Below, in pieces: positions 50,534-63,565 of a stretch of 64,000 nucleotides of DNA; the stretch's first letter is position 1, and every line of letters starts with the position of its first letter. The position numbers and the translations under genes were made by a program. Under the pieces are notes generated by a model. That model had not been told where the DNA came from, made no database searches, and was given only the letters and a program-made list of their open reading frames with translations. The DNA is from Squalus acanthias (taxonomy: Eukaryota), in assembly GCA_030390025.1 (NCBI GenBank), contig CM059427.1, positions 170,934,001 through 170,998,000 of the forward strand, read 5' to 3'.

Positions 50534-51689
50534 GCTTGCTGCTGCATGTAATACTGTCCAATCTAACTCCAACATGAAGTTTCTTCTATTTGTTGGTACA
50601 TTACTCTCTTCCAAATAACACAAACCCTGTGCAAATTACGGACATCACCACCATGTGGAATGTGAATAATTTCTATGGCGAACTCTCTGCTGACGATCAT
50701 TCAGCATCTCTCTAAAATGACTGGGCTAAGACATTAATTTAGTACAAGTGGGACACCCATATCCCACTACTTAAGAGCAAGCCTTTGGCTTAGTGGTAGC
50801 GTTCCCACCTCCGAGTCAGAAGGTGCAGGGTTTGAACCTCGCTTAAAACAGTCCCAGCTAGCAGAGTCCGAAGCTCCGGCTTTCAATTCAATTCAGCAAG
50901 CTATGTGTGTCTGGTGGGCTTGGGTGCCCTCCCCACCCCCTTATTGTACGAGTTGTGTAGCAGCCCATAAAATCCGCCCGCTGTAAACGATTAAACACCC
51001 TGTCGGCTGGTATAAAGTTGGTTGTGGTCAGTCAGACTGTAAATCAGCCTGTGAATCCTTCCACTACTTCACACTATTCTCCAAGGGAAGAGTGTACAAG
51101 ATACAAAAACAACAACATCCCACTACTAGTCAGTGCAATCACCCTCTTCCAAATGGAAATCTTCACTTTCTGGAAACAGAAATCAAACGAGAGGGGTTGG
51201 GCACAAAGTGCAAAATTATATAATTACATCTGTGAAATGATAAAGCAAAGCACTTCACTGATGTACAAATTTTTATCATTCAAAGTGGCACCAATTTTAA
51301 TTCCATCCAACGCACAAGAGGGTACCCTCGCTTTCTGAGGGTGCATTAAATATAATGCAAAACGATGATCAGAACACCAAACCATTCATTGGAATGGCCA
51401 AATGTTGCTCCCATGAGTGACTCCCCATTAATTTTTTTTTAATACAAGACAGTTATTGTCTTGGGTTTGAAGAACGGATATAAGAAAGAGAGACCACTGA
51501 ATAACCTAGTAACAGCTGCTTCACTTTGTCATTTTAAACATTTTACTTAGAGAATGATTAAACAATGGTTCCTCTGTTGGAGCTGAAACGACAAGACTTT
51601 TCAAATTTGATGCCCTCATTGAGCTCTTCCCATCTGAAGATACTCCCAAAGAGCACACACATGGTTGGAGTGCATGCGCTCAGTTATTA

Positions 51690-51703
51690 GTTTCCATGGA
51701 AAC
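51690..51703. promoter_or_regulatory. Perfect RFX X-box palindrome GTTTCCATGGAAAC
   Basis: Matches GTTNCCATGGNAAC; unique sequence. Confidence 0.45.
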
Positions 51704-52587
51704 TCTCGTTAGAGGATTCACTGCTTGACCCTAGCGCGGAGAATTCTTTTCTGAACACACAAAAATCATTTTCTTCCACAGTATGACAACTTAATAAAAA
51801 TAAACCATTTAAAAAATAGAATTCACAATTTTCGTAATTGAAACACAGAAGTTTACTTCTGCATCGGAGATGCATTGCCACGATTTCCTCCATTGCACAG
51901 CTACTGCCTTGTCCCAAACACAAGGGAATGCACTTACAATATGACAGCAATTAACTCAGCACACAAGTAAAACTATTCAACTCTCGGCTAGCCAGAACCA
52001 ACGTGAGTAAACATCAATCATATTTTAAAAAGTTTGCCACAAAAAGCTAATCTCAGCTAGGGAATTGATAAAGATCCTATAATTGGCCTGATCAACCGTG
52101 TTTGGAAGAAATAGGGAAAAATAAACTGTCACGGTCCCATTCCTGACTTGCTGGAAGCACACACTTGTGGATACTGAGAGAGAGGAGGATAGAGCTAAGC
52201 TTTACCCCACAGTCAAATAGTCTGCCAACTCTCACTGCCTAGGCTTACACAAAGAATATCCACGAGCAAAGTAACTGATGTTACTCAGCATTCATTGAAC
52301 ATGAAGTCAACAGGATGGGGAGAGGGGAGAAAATTGGCAGGAAAAGATAGAAAAATAAAAATTTTACTAGGAATATCAGATCCATGTTTAAGTATTTAAG
52401 TTACTATCATGCTAAACTAACTGACATTAATAGAGTGATTAATCATAAAATAATTACAAGAATAAAATGCATTAGTATAATTAATGACTTTTTATTGCAT
52501 TTATTTTCAGATGGCACTGCAGAGAAGAGCCTGTTTCCTTGTAGTATATCGATTCTCTTTCTTTGGATGCTGAACATTAAACACATT

Positions 52588-53110
52588 GGGCCGGATATTC
52601 CGATCCCTACAGGTGTGTACGCGCTAGGCCTGCTTTTACCAGGATAAGAGTTGAAAAAAAAAAAAAATTTCCCACTGTTTATCATTTAAAAATACTTTAA
52701 AAAAAGGTACGTTTATTTTTAGCCCCGTAAAAAAACTTATTATTTTTTTCAAAAAATTAAATTTTTGTTTAACTGTAATTTCAAGGCATTTTAAAAATGT
52801 GATTTAAAAAAATAATTATTTAAAGTTTTACTATGTTTTCTCATTGATCTCCATTCATATATTTGACAGGTCTTCCTGTCAAATGTGTGAAGGGAGATTC
52901 CCTTCTGTGATTGGCTCCCCATGGCCCACGTGATCCCAGGGATGCTGCAAACTACCTGCGCCCCTGGGATACGTGGGCCCTGCGCACTTCAAGTTTGGTG
53001 AGGCCCAGGATCGAAGTGTGTGCGTCCCGGGAGCCCTCAGGTAAGGGCGCAGATTTTTCCAGATCGCAGGCCTCTGCCCGCGGGAGGCCTGCGATCGGAA
53101 AATACGGGCC
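52588..53110. mobile_element. TIR MITE, Harbinger-like
   Basis: TIR gggccggatattccgatc / gatcggaaaatacgggcc; AT-rich core. Confidence 0.75.
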
Positions 53111-53809
53111 AATAAATTACTGCAAAAGTTACATAACGCCCTGTTATTTAAAAAAAGAGAGTGTAGTTTAAAATTACCTTTTGGGTTAAATAAATCAATA
53201 CAGCAAAAAATCCATTGTGCATTACTATAAAATGTAGCCAATAAATTATTATGTAGACGTGCCCTTCCCTTACTGACTGGAATACAGGATACTATTTGAG
53301 AAACTAAAGTGAAAGGCCACAGCCTGTAATTGAAAGAAATTACACAAGATTGAAAAGAGTAAGAGAGAAGACGAGGGCAAATCAGAAAACAGTGATTAGT
53401 TGACACCAGCATGGGTTTTAAAGCTTGAAGATTGTAGGAGGAAGAAAAATCACCCCATCTCAACAATAACTTGCATTTATATAGCACCTTTAACGTAGTA
53501 AAACGTCCCAAGGCACTTTCTCACACAACAACCACAGCTTACAGTGCCCTTGCAAATAGGGAACTGCATTAAACAACTGACAAGTATGCATTAGCAGGCT
53601 TCCAGAATTAAATGGCAAAACAGTGAACTACTTCCTCTGAAAGGGAATGCAACGGCACCTCACACCACTTCTGCACAAAGCTCCGAAAGATTAGCTCAAT
53701 AGTAGCAAAGGTTGGAAAGGGAATTTTGCTTATGGTTTTGGATGGGCAACTGCTTGTAGAGTAGTTGAGACTTTAAGAGGGGAAGAAAACTATTTTTGAA
53801 ATGGGGGAG

Positions 53810-54200
53810 CCCTTTGGTGTCACAGGTTGAAACTATGAGTCATGGCTTGAGAAACTGGACTCTTCAGCGTCAAAAAGAGACCTCTCAGAGGTGTACAGGA
53901 TAATTAACTGGATAGAACAAGTTAACCTGAAACAAGGCAGCATGACAAGAGGGCACAAGTTCAGGGTTGTAAAGAACACATTTAGGACAGACATCTGGAA
54001 GCATTTCTTTGCACAGAAAGTGTCTTTACACGGAAAGTGACCAACAGCTTGAACAGACCGTCAGGAACAGTGATTGCGCCCAGGACAATGGACTTATTTA
54101 AGAAAAGCTAGCTGCTGTACTCAGAAGATGGCAGCGATGTTAGTCTGGAAGGATAAAATCAAATGGACTGAAACACCTTCTTTATCCAAACTTGTCATCT
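53810..54200 (+). mobile_element. Old CR1 3' fragment
   Basis: acaagagggcacaagttc (TRGHKF), catttctttgcacagaaagtg. Confidence 0.6.
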
Positions 54201-56092
54201 TGTGTATAACACATCCCTCTCTGAGGGCCTCTTTATACAGCTCCCAAAGGCAGCACTCATTGTACAACATGCCAAACTGTACTGCATTTACACTACAGAT
54301 TTTCAGTTTGACACAAGGAGGTTTAATTTTACTGATTAACACACCTCTGTGAAATTCCTTTGTATAGTATATTAAAAGTTATTTTATCTGTTTAAAATCT
54401 TGAGTTAACAACTTCATTTATTTTAATCAAGGTAATGAATGCATTAAAACAGTGTACAAAGGAATTTTGAGTGAACATATTAACCAGTTCACTATTAGAG
54501 GAAATTAACCCAAAGGTGTTTTGAGTTTCATGTAGATCAAAAGCACATGCTCAAGCGTAAAGATGCCTTTTGAGGGAAGGAAAATCACCAGTTACAAACC
54601 GTACCCCAAAGTTTCCTTACCAAATTTTCAGAGGTTGATGCTACTTAAATAATAAAGCAACATAAATATGTAAAACCGCTACTGGAGACTAAACAGTCAC
54701 TGTAATTAAAGCAAATATCTAAAGAACATAGGTGCTGATTTATTTCAAGTAGCTACTGCACCATGCAGCCACATGTGCCAGCTTTGAGATGCTAGGCAAA
54801 CAAACAAATGTGCTGCACTCTGTTTTGCACATGGCAAATTCCCAATCTCAGATACGTTAACAGGAAGTTCCAATAAGCAAAGGCCAGGTGCTTCCCCAGC
54901 ATTGGAAAAAACACAACTGAATGAGTCATCTCAGGACACTCGCACTCGCATCTTAGGAGCCAGTTACGAACAACATGAACACAGACTGGTCCTTCTGACC
55001 AAGTTATGGTTTGCTTTAGGATAAAATAAAGAGAAAAAAAAAATCTTTAACAAAAAAGAGCAAGGAAGAACGGTGTCCATCTCAGCCAGGGTAGAGTGAC
55101 AGGCACTACAATTGGCCTTAGTACCCACGTTAGGGTTGGGAAAAACTGACCATGTTAAGTGAAAATAGAAATCAGTTCAGCTGCGATGCTTTCCAGTGAT
55201 CAAACAGCTGTCTTACACTCAGGGTCAAGGCTCACACATAAAGGATGGTCATTGGAGTAAGATATTGGAGAATCGTTGATGCCTATGGAACCATATTCCA
55301 GCAAGGAATCAACAGCTTCTAGAGGAGAAAATTGGCAAGGAGTGGAAAAGGGAGTTGGGCAGGGGAAGTAAAGGTATATAACTTTGAACAGTTGTCCTGT
55401 GTTGGCACCTTAAGACAGTATTATCTGATAATCTAAACACACATGGTCTCACCATGCTTGAATCTACCTTCAGACACTTATTGTCAAAAACACTTGATAT
55501 TGCTCAAATAGAAATCATAACACTGTCCACTGTGGCTACCAGGAAAATTGACAACACTTTTTCTACATCACGGACAACAGGTAAAGCACTGCAGAAAGTA
55601 ATAAGAAAACTTCTCGGAAGAATTAAGTAAGATGGATGGAACGCTATAAATGTACTACTACTCCAGGGCATGATAAACCTACATTAACAACACTCATTGC
55701 ACTTCAACAGTATATCATTGTATGAAGCGCTTTAAGACATTTCAACATGATAAAGGCCTATATAAATGCAAATTTTACTTTATATAATGCACGCACTGTT
55801 CATGGCTCCCTCAGAAAGACTTAGCTAAGTAAAACACCTCTTTGCTGAACAGACTTGTAGAGTAAAGAAACATCTCAAAGCACTTCACACAATTCTTCTT
55901 TGATGAGGTGCAGTGACTATTGTTCTGTGGGTAAGAACTTCCATAATCATGGACATGATGCAAATTCTTGGCTTTGGAAAAGAAAGGCACAGTATTTAAT
56001 TTGTAACTTACAACTGGTCATGTTTTATTATTTTCAAATCTTACATCAAAACAAAACAGATTTTCTTTTACTTGCTCATTCTTGAAATTTAA

Positions 56093-56838
56093 TGGCCTGG
56101 AATTTGCGGTCAGCGGCGAAGCGAAGGCGTTCGCTGCTGGCCCCGTAGTACGCTTCACACAAGGATGTGTCGAGAACTTCGGGTTTTCCGACCTTTAATT
56201 CAAATCAATGGAATTTAGTGGGGATCCCCTTGTGCAAACTGTTGCGACGTCTAAGCAGCCAATCAAAATGCAGAATTCTCACAGACAGCCAACAAGGAAG
56301 TGAGTATGCTCTTAAAATTCTAACTTTTTAAAAATGTTAAAGAGCAAAACAAAGATTGGGCTCTCACATGGGGAAAAGGCAAACCTAAAATAAAGATGGA
56401 CAAACTTCAAAAAAAAAATTTACACATTTTTTTCTGAAAAGTTTCTTTAAAATTTTAATTAAAAAAAAAAATTAAAATGGACAAATTTCACACTGCACAA
56501 AATTAAAATTTTCCAGGCCCTTAACATTTGTTTAGCAGTAATAAAGCACCTAATCCCTTTGGGTCTAACTTTTAGTGGGGAACTTAACAGCGTTATTACT
56601 GCAGAAGAGCCGAAGATTTTGTCAGTTTGGCTGATTACACAGATTGCCGGCTCTGTAGGGTGAGGGGAGGGGGGCACAGCGCAGCCTGTTTCAGAGCTGC
56701 CAATGACAGACCGCAACTTCAGGAATTCCGCAAGATGTCTGCGCATGCGCCAAATCCTGAAGTTCCGGTCAGTTTCAAAGGTGGAATGACGGCGAACGCA
56801 GTCAGTTTGCCGTCATCCCGACCACAAATTCCAGGCCA
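56093..56838. mobile_element. TIR MITE, Harbinger-like
   Basis: 19-bp TIR tggcctggaatttgcggtc / gaccacaaattccaggcca with 1 mismatch. Confidence 0.8.
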
Positions 56839-59419
56839 TATAAATTAAATTATGGGTTGACTTAATGCGCAGTTTATGCGTCTTGGTTTTTTCCCCCTAT
56901 TTATCGGGTAACCTGTGGCAAGGTATCACCTGCTGCTGAAAAGGAAGGGCAGGGACTCCAACAAAGGTTATTGTTACTGTACTCAAGATTATTGGCTGAA
57001 AAATACTTTATAGCAGTTCATGTTTAGAATAATGCAGGCAATTTTACAATCAACTAAATCCATAATGTATAATGATTAATGATTAATGCTGTTAATAAAA
57101 AAACATATTGTAAGGGACCATGATTAATTTTGGAGAAGATGACTGACAACCTCCATGGTATTGTCACTGTATATAAGTTGTTTGCGGTGCAATTAGCTTA
57201 GTGCATAAATGTCTATATGAATTTGTTTACTGTATAAATTTGAAATTAAGGATTAACATGACTGCCAGATCCAGCAGGTCTGGCTTACACAGATTTTTTT
57301 CCCCTTTAACTTCCATATAGTTTTGTATTACTTAAACCAGGAAGACATCCCTTGGGTAGTGTGAATGACACCCTTTTGTGAATCACTGAACATGGCATGG
57401 GACTGTCAAAAGAAACATGAATTCATTTCCCTTGCATCTCCACAGAAATCACCATGCTTTTCAGGCAGTTCAAAGGCAAATGGGACCTGAGCCTTAGGCC
57501 TGAGGAACAGATAAAGTAAAAAAGCTGAACCACAAGTGTGGTCCCGGGTGAAACAGAAGCAAAAGGGGTTTGATGGGCCATGTTACAGACTGTTGGTAAT
57601 AAGACTCTCACTACATGCACTGTTGTCAGAAGCAAAGTGTAGTTTTTAAAGATCAGGCTTTTCACTGCTGTCAATGCACATAAGCTTGTGCTGTTCTCTA
57701 TGTGGCCTACTTGATTAGCATCTATGAATAAATCTAGTTGGTTAATTCAGAATCTAAGACCAGTTTGAGTGTGGTTCAATGATAACATTAACAATAATCT
57801 TTCGAGTGGTTTAGAGAGAAATTAAGTACAAAGGGCACTAATGTCGAGGATTGTGTGAGTGCTTAGGTTATGAGCTCTCTATAGGCGCAGAAAACCGCAG
57901 GGCTACAGCTTACAATTCATTGGGGATGCAAGGCCCACTTACAGGATGTCTGTGGAGACCATTGCAAAAAGAATGGCACATTAAAGTACCCTAAAGTTAC
58001 ATCACACTGGTGGCAGCAAGTTGTAAGAGACACCTGCCCCATCAACAATTCAAGGGTCACATATCACACACACACTGGCTCTTCACATAACTAGTTCCTG
58101 ATCCTAGCTCAGCCACCTTGTGATGGTGTCAGAGGGCAAAGAAAGAGCACTCAGAATGCCTCAATCCAAATCACTCTTGCACACTCCAAGTGGTCAGTTC
58201 AAAAGTGTCACTGGCCAAAGCTGCGTCTGTATGCCCTCTTAGTGGGAGAATGGCACACAACACAGAATATTAGAAAAAGAGTAGCTGAGCCATAGACACC
58301 AGGAAGATCCAGTCAATCCAGTCGTCCACTTAATCAATGGGCTTCCCCAAATCTATTGAAGCAGCAGCCATTCAATACAATGGGCACCATTCAAAACTTT
58401 ATATTAATAAAAGTTGAGGTTATTTAACACAATGTGTTTCTCTTAAATCAGTTAATTAAATAAAAGCAGAGAGAATCTGGTTGACTATTCAATTGAAAGA
58501 GCCTCGCCAAATGTATTAATTAAAAGAAAGCAGCAGCAATTGGCTCAATAATTTGTTACAATGGAATCGCTGTAATTAATTAATTAAATAAAAGGAGTGA
58601 GTAGTGGTTAATATTATAACCAACATTTAATGCAATGGTTTTGTGCCAAATTAATTCATTAATAAAATATATAAAAGCATTCCTCAGCTTTCCATAGAAA
58701 CAAGCAGCATAAAAGTATATCAGAATGGGCTGAGAATGGTTTTCACAAATAGTTTACTGGTTGTATTTTAAAAATAAAGTAAATTAAGATCTGGTTAAAT
58801 ACAGAAACCCCCAATAATAATGTAGCACAAAACCCACACGCCCACAAACACCTCTCTCTAATTTCTATCTCCACTATAAATGTAATACATGGATAATTTG
58901 GCACCATTAAAGTAACAAAAGGGATTAATCGCTCTTCTGGCAGCAGTAGCCCAAAGCAGAACATCAGAATCAGATAATCTCATTACTGTAATGACTGCCT
59001 GTTTTGGCCCTTAACTACAACCATTTCTTTGTTCAGCCAAGGCAAATGATAGAATGATGGCTTTTTTCCCCAGCATCTCTTGTAAGTAACAAACCAATCC
59101 ATAAAGAGATTTTGGGCTGACAGTACTACAGTGCCACAGCAGTTACTGAATAGTTTAGCCAAGTTATCAGTGAAGGAAAGATTTGAGACATGGATGATTA
59201 TGTATGAATTAAGAGATGGCAACTACAACTACAATTTACATTTTTATAATGCTTTCATGTAACAAAACCCGTACCCAATTAAGAGGGAGAGAAGTTCGAG
59301 AAGGTGGTCAAAGGAGTAGGGGGACCAGAGAGGCATTGGGGGGACCGGAGAGGGGTGGGTTACTGGAGAGCGGTGGTGGGAAGTGTGGTTGTAGCTAGGG
59401 TGACCAAATACAAAACAAA

Positions 59420-59880
59420 AAAGCACCAGTGACCCTATATAAGACCCTGGTTAGGCTGAATCCAAATAACTGTGTCCAGTTCTGGTCTCCTCACATGGTG
59501 GGAGATATTGCAACCCTAGAAAAGATTCAGAGGAGGGCCACTGGATTAATAGCTGGTTTAAAAACCCTTAGCTATCACGATAGGCTTAGGGAACTCGGTA
59601 TTTTTTACTCTAGAATATTGTAGACTGCAGGGAGACTCAATTAAACTATTTAAAATGATGAAGGGGCTAGACATGCAGACAGATTATTTGAATTAGATAA
59701 GTTAGGGAGGGGATATGCGTACAAGTTACGCAAGTATAGAATAGGTTAGATGTCATGCGATTTTTCTTTTCCCAGTGGATCATTGACCTTCAGAATAGGT
59801 TGCCGGCTCGTGTAGTCGGTTCAAATTCACTACAAATGTTCAAAGGGGGTCTGGACAAGTTCCTGGAGGAGGCTGATTTC
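59420..59880 (+). mobile_element. Old CR1 ORF2 3' fragment
   Basis: LYKTLVR...CVQFWSPH...LEKIQRRAT; RFFFSQWII. Confidence 0.8.
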
Positions 59881-62754
59881 ACTAATGCGGTACTGAAGTT
59901 TGACAACTCTCAGTACTTCATGATTGAATGCACTGATTTAAAAACTTCACCTCACCATTAAATAAGTTGATTAAAAGATTCACAGCTCTTCAGAATTGAA
60001 AATGAAGTAACGCAGCAAGAGACTGATCAAGACTGCCTTATACATAATTATTAGGGGAAACAAGTGTTCTTCCAAAGATAGCTGAGACTAGCCTCACAAT
60101 ATTGGGGTAGTTTCCTCAGTAGGAAAATGGCCACAAAGCAAGGTGCTCGAAGGTGAACAGCATCAGGTGGACAGCGTTAGTGGGAACAGATGGGAGCAAG
60201 CAACAATTTTTAAATTCTAAAAATTTATAAACTAAAAAGGTAAATATTTTATAACAAAAACTCAGAATTAAGAACATCTCATGTGAAGCTGTATACTTAC
60301 TTTCCACAAGCATAATAAAAACAAGATAGTAGCCAAGCTGGGATACAAAGTAAAGCAAGTTTACTTCGGCAAATCCCATATTAATCATGGCCAGAGGAAA
60401 TAATAATGGAAATATTAACAAGAAGTGTGAGCAGACCTAAGATTTTTGTTGTAATACAAATAGAAACATATAATATATATATCATATCAGTATGGTGAAG
60501 CATATTTCAAGGACAGAATGCATCTCTAGACCATCTGAGATTTCACTTTTGCAGTACGTATATGACAACCCGGATCTCTCAATGTGTTACAGTTTCGCAA
60601 TACCCTCCAGCCTGTGCGTCATCCTCCATGTTACACAGTAGAATAATCTCTTCTACATATGAATAACTCAAGTTATAAGATGTACACATCAGCTTTGATG
60701 ACCACACAAATTCCCATCATAAGAAGTGACACAACACTCTACATTATCCTGTGTGTTGTATCCTCCTATGCTATTCTCTAGTGATGACAACACAAGAGAC
60801 TCCAATCAAAGTAACTTTAGCTTTCATGTTAGGACAATCAATTTAGATTATAATGAATCTAGAAGTGTTAAAGTACTCATCCTTTCTGTCAAGACTGAAA
60901 ACATTTCACATTCAGTGCTGATGATGCTCCAAGTTTGAACCAATGTTTTCTGAACTTATGATTTGGTGAACTCATTCTGACAACTAATGAGACGAGTGAC
61001 TGCTCATCATTTCCACAGCAGGCTGTTTGATGTTGAAAATGAGCAGCATATTTCAGAACACGAAGTGCCCACAAATGGAAAACAAGTCTACCTTTAATTT
61101 CTGTGAATTAATATAAATGGTTAAATACAGCACAACTAAAATCAATTTCACAAAAAAAACATGTAAATGAGACGCCGCTGACTTTTTTGGGTGTGGGTGA
61201 GGAATCTCCGACCCTCCCCCAGGAACAATTACCTTTTATATTCCATCGAGAGACTGAATAAAGCAACAAATGGACAGGAAAGAAAAAAATCAATATGAAG
61301 TGCATTAGATATGAAAGAATTCACATTTAAACTATTTTTTGCACATTATGGCTGATTGCAGGAGTTCACTGGCAGCAAGCACGAGCATCCTTCTACACCA
61401 TTTATTTATTGCAGTCAGCATTCAAGTTGTACAACCTGGATAGTACCAATTCTCAAATAATGTTACTTTGGTAAATTGCAGAGATAAAGGTAGTACTTCA
61501 TATTCTTAATTTTTTTCTTTTTTTCCTGTCCATGTGTTGTTTTATTCAGTCCCTTGACGCAACATATTAGGTCAATGTTGCTGGGGGTGGTGGGAGATTC
61601 CTCCCACACCACCCACCCCCGCAAAGAAAGAATCAGTGATGGATCATTCACATATTGATATTTGTTTTGAAAATTGGTTTCAGTTGTGCTGCAGTTAACC
61701 ATTTATGTTAATTCACAACAGGAAGGCAGGTAATCAAGAGTACTGTTATTCTCTTCTTCATTGCATATTTTCCCCAATCCAGCACAATGTAGTAGGTGCT
61801 GGCTGAGAGAGCAGGCAAGTACCCTGCTCCCAAGTGTCTACCAAAACCACTCTTCAATAAGCTGAGGAGGCGGGAAATGTTAGAGTGGCCTTTCTCCCCT
61901 CTCCATTTCAAATCTTCCTTCCTGCAGTGCTGCTACCCACCTCCAACATGGGAGTAACAAATCGCATCACATCACTTCATATATCAATATGCAGGCCACT
62001 GGCTTGTGTTTTAATTTAAAAATTGACAGAACTGTGCAATGTGACTGGCAAAACACATGTCGAAAAATGCCTGAAAATCTCAAAATCCAATAGTAAAAAC
62101 AAAATTCGCCTTATTCCATCACCAATGAACCAGTGGCTGCAATTATGAAGAGTTGCAGAATGTGATCCCGAAAATACTGGTAATAAACCAGAATCCTATA
62201 TAATAAAAAATGATTTTGACCTATTTAGTCATTGTAAATCAATGGCCCGATCAATGTGTTGTGTCAGCAGCTAGCCTTTCACTGAACTTTCTTTAAATAG
62301 TCACACTGCAAGTCTAAGGGTTTGAAAAACTCGTGTGCCATCAGGAAAAAAAAACTAAGTATTTAATAAAACAATGTCTAAACTTTAAACTGACAATCCA
62401 TCAATATCTTAACAAGTGAGCCTGATTTAACCCCAAATTCATATGTATGCACCAAATACTTTATTGATATATGTGTAGAATTGCATTGACTTCCTACTAA
62501 CTGATTTCGCGAATGGGCTCTTTAAAGGCTGTTTAGCATGCTTTAAAATTCTTAGAACAGCCCAGAGTATTTACAATGGAAGCAGCTTCTCCTGTTGGAT
62601 TATTCATCCTGAATTTTAACTTGGTATAAAACAGAGGGGGGGGGGGGGGAGAAACCATGATGCACTAATGTGACACATGATACTTAGAGAAGGGTTTATG
62701 CTTACAATTCCCAAGTACTTTGCATATTCCGAATCTGATCTTTGTCAAAATTAG

Positions 62755-62970
62755 TTAGAATGTGGAACTCACTACCACAGGGAGTAATAGAGGCGAATAG
62801 CATAGATGCATTTAAGGGGAAGCTGGATAAACACATAAGGGAGAAAGGAGTAGAAGGTTATGCTGATCGGGTTAGATGAAAAGGGGTGGGAGGAGGCTCG
62901 TGTGAAGTATAAAAACTGGGATGGACCAGTTGGGGCGAATGGCCTGTTTCTGTGCTGTGCATTCTATGCT
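62755..62970 (+). mobile_element. CR1 3' end
   Basis: tggaactcactacca...gcatttaaggggaagct...ggcgaatggcctgtttctgtgctg. Confidence 0.8.
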
Positions 62971-63439
62971 AATCTATGCAAGAATGAAAATTGGCAAACT
63001 AATTGGGAGGAGAAAAGACTGGGAGAGTAAATCACCTTTAACCTCTTCCTTTATATACACACACCTTCTAGCAGCTTGTTACATACACAATAACAATGCT
63101 AAAGGCCTGGGGAGCAAGCCAGCTGTCTGGTTCAACAATTTTACAGTTGGAGAAAGAAAAACAAATGATGAATGGGTTAAAGAAAAGCTATGAAAAATGT
63201 CTAGTTCTACATAACTATATTGATATTTCAAGCAACGAAAATGTATATCTAAAGGTGCAAGAACAGAGGTCAGGATGACTAGACCTTCAAAGAACTAAAA
63301 AGCACATACAACGTATGCCACAAATTGCTATGGTGCCAGGAAAATAAAGACATTTAATCTTTAAGCAGTAAAATATACAAGCTGCAAATGATTTATAACC
63401 ACCCCCTCCCCTATGTAAAAAATAAAAATCACAGTGCTA

Positions 63440-63565
63440 AAAGTGTAGTACAGTATTATGGTCAAGCAGCACTTTAAGTATTGTGCATAGCTTTCGTCAT
63501 CGCGGGACAATGGAAACATAAAAATCATGGACACCGTGCAGAGAAAAGCAGCAAGACTGATTCCT
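63440..63565 (+). mobile_element. Old CR1 fragment interrupted by a MITE
   Basis: gtattgtgca...gtgcagagaaaagcagcaagactgattcct (VQRKAARLIP). Confidence 0.6.

Noticed and set aside
52879-53511. 210-aa ORF
   Set aside because: Runs across an L2 tail, unique intron and a MITE; no recognisable domain
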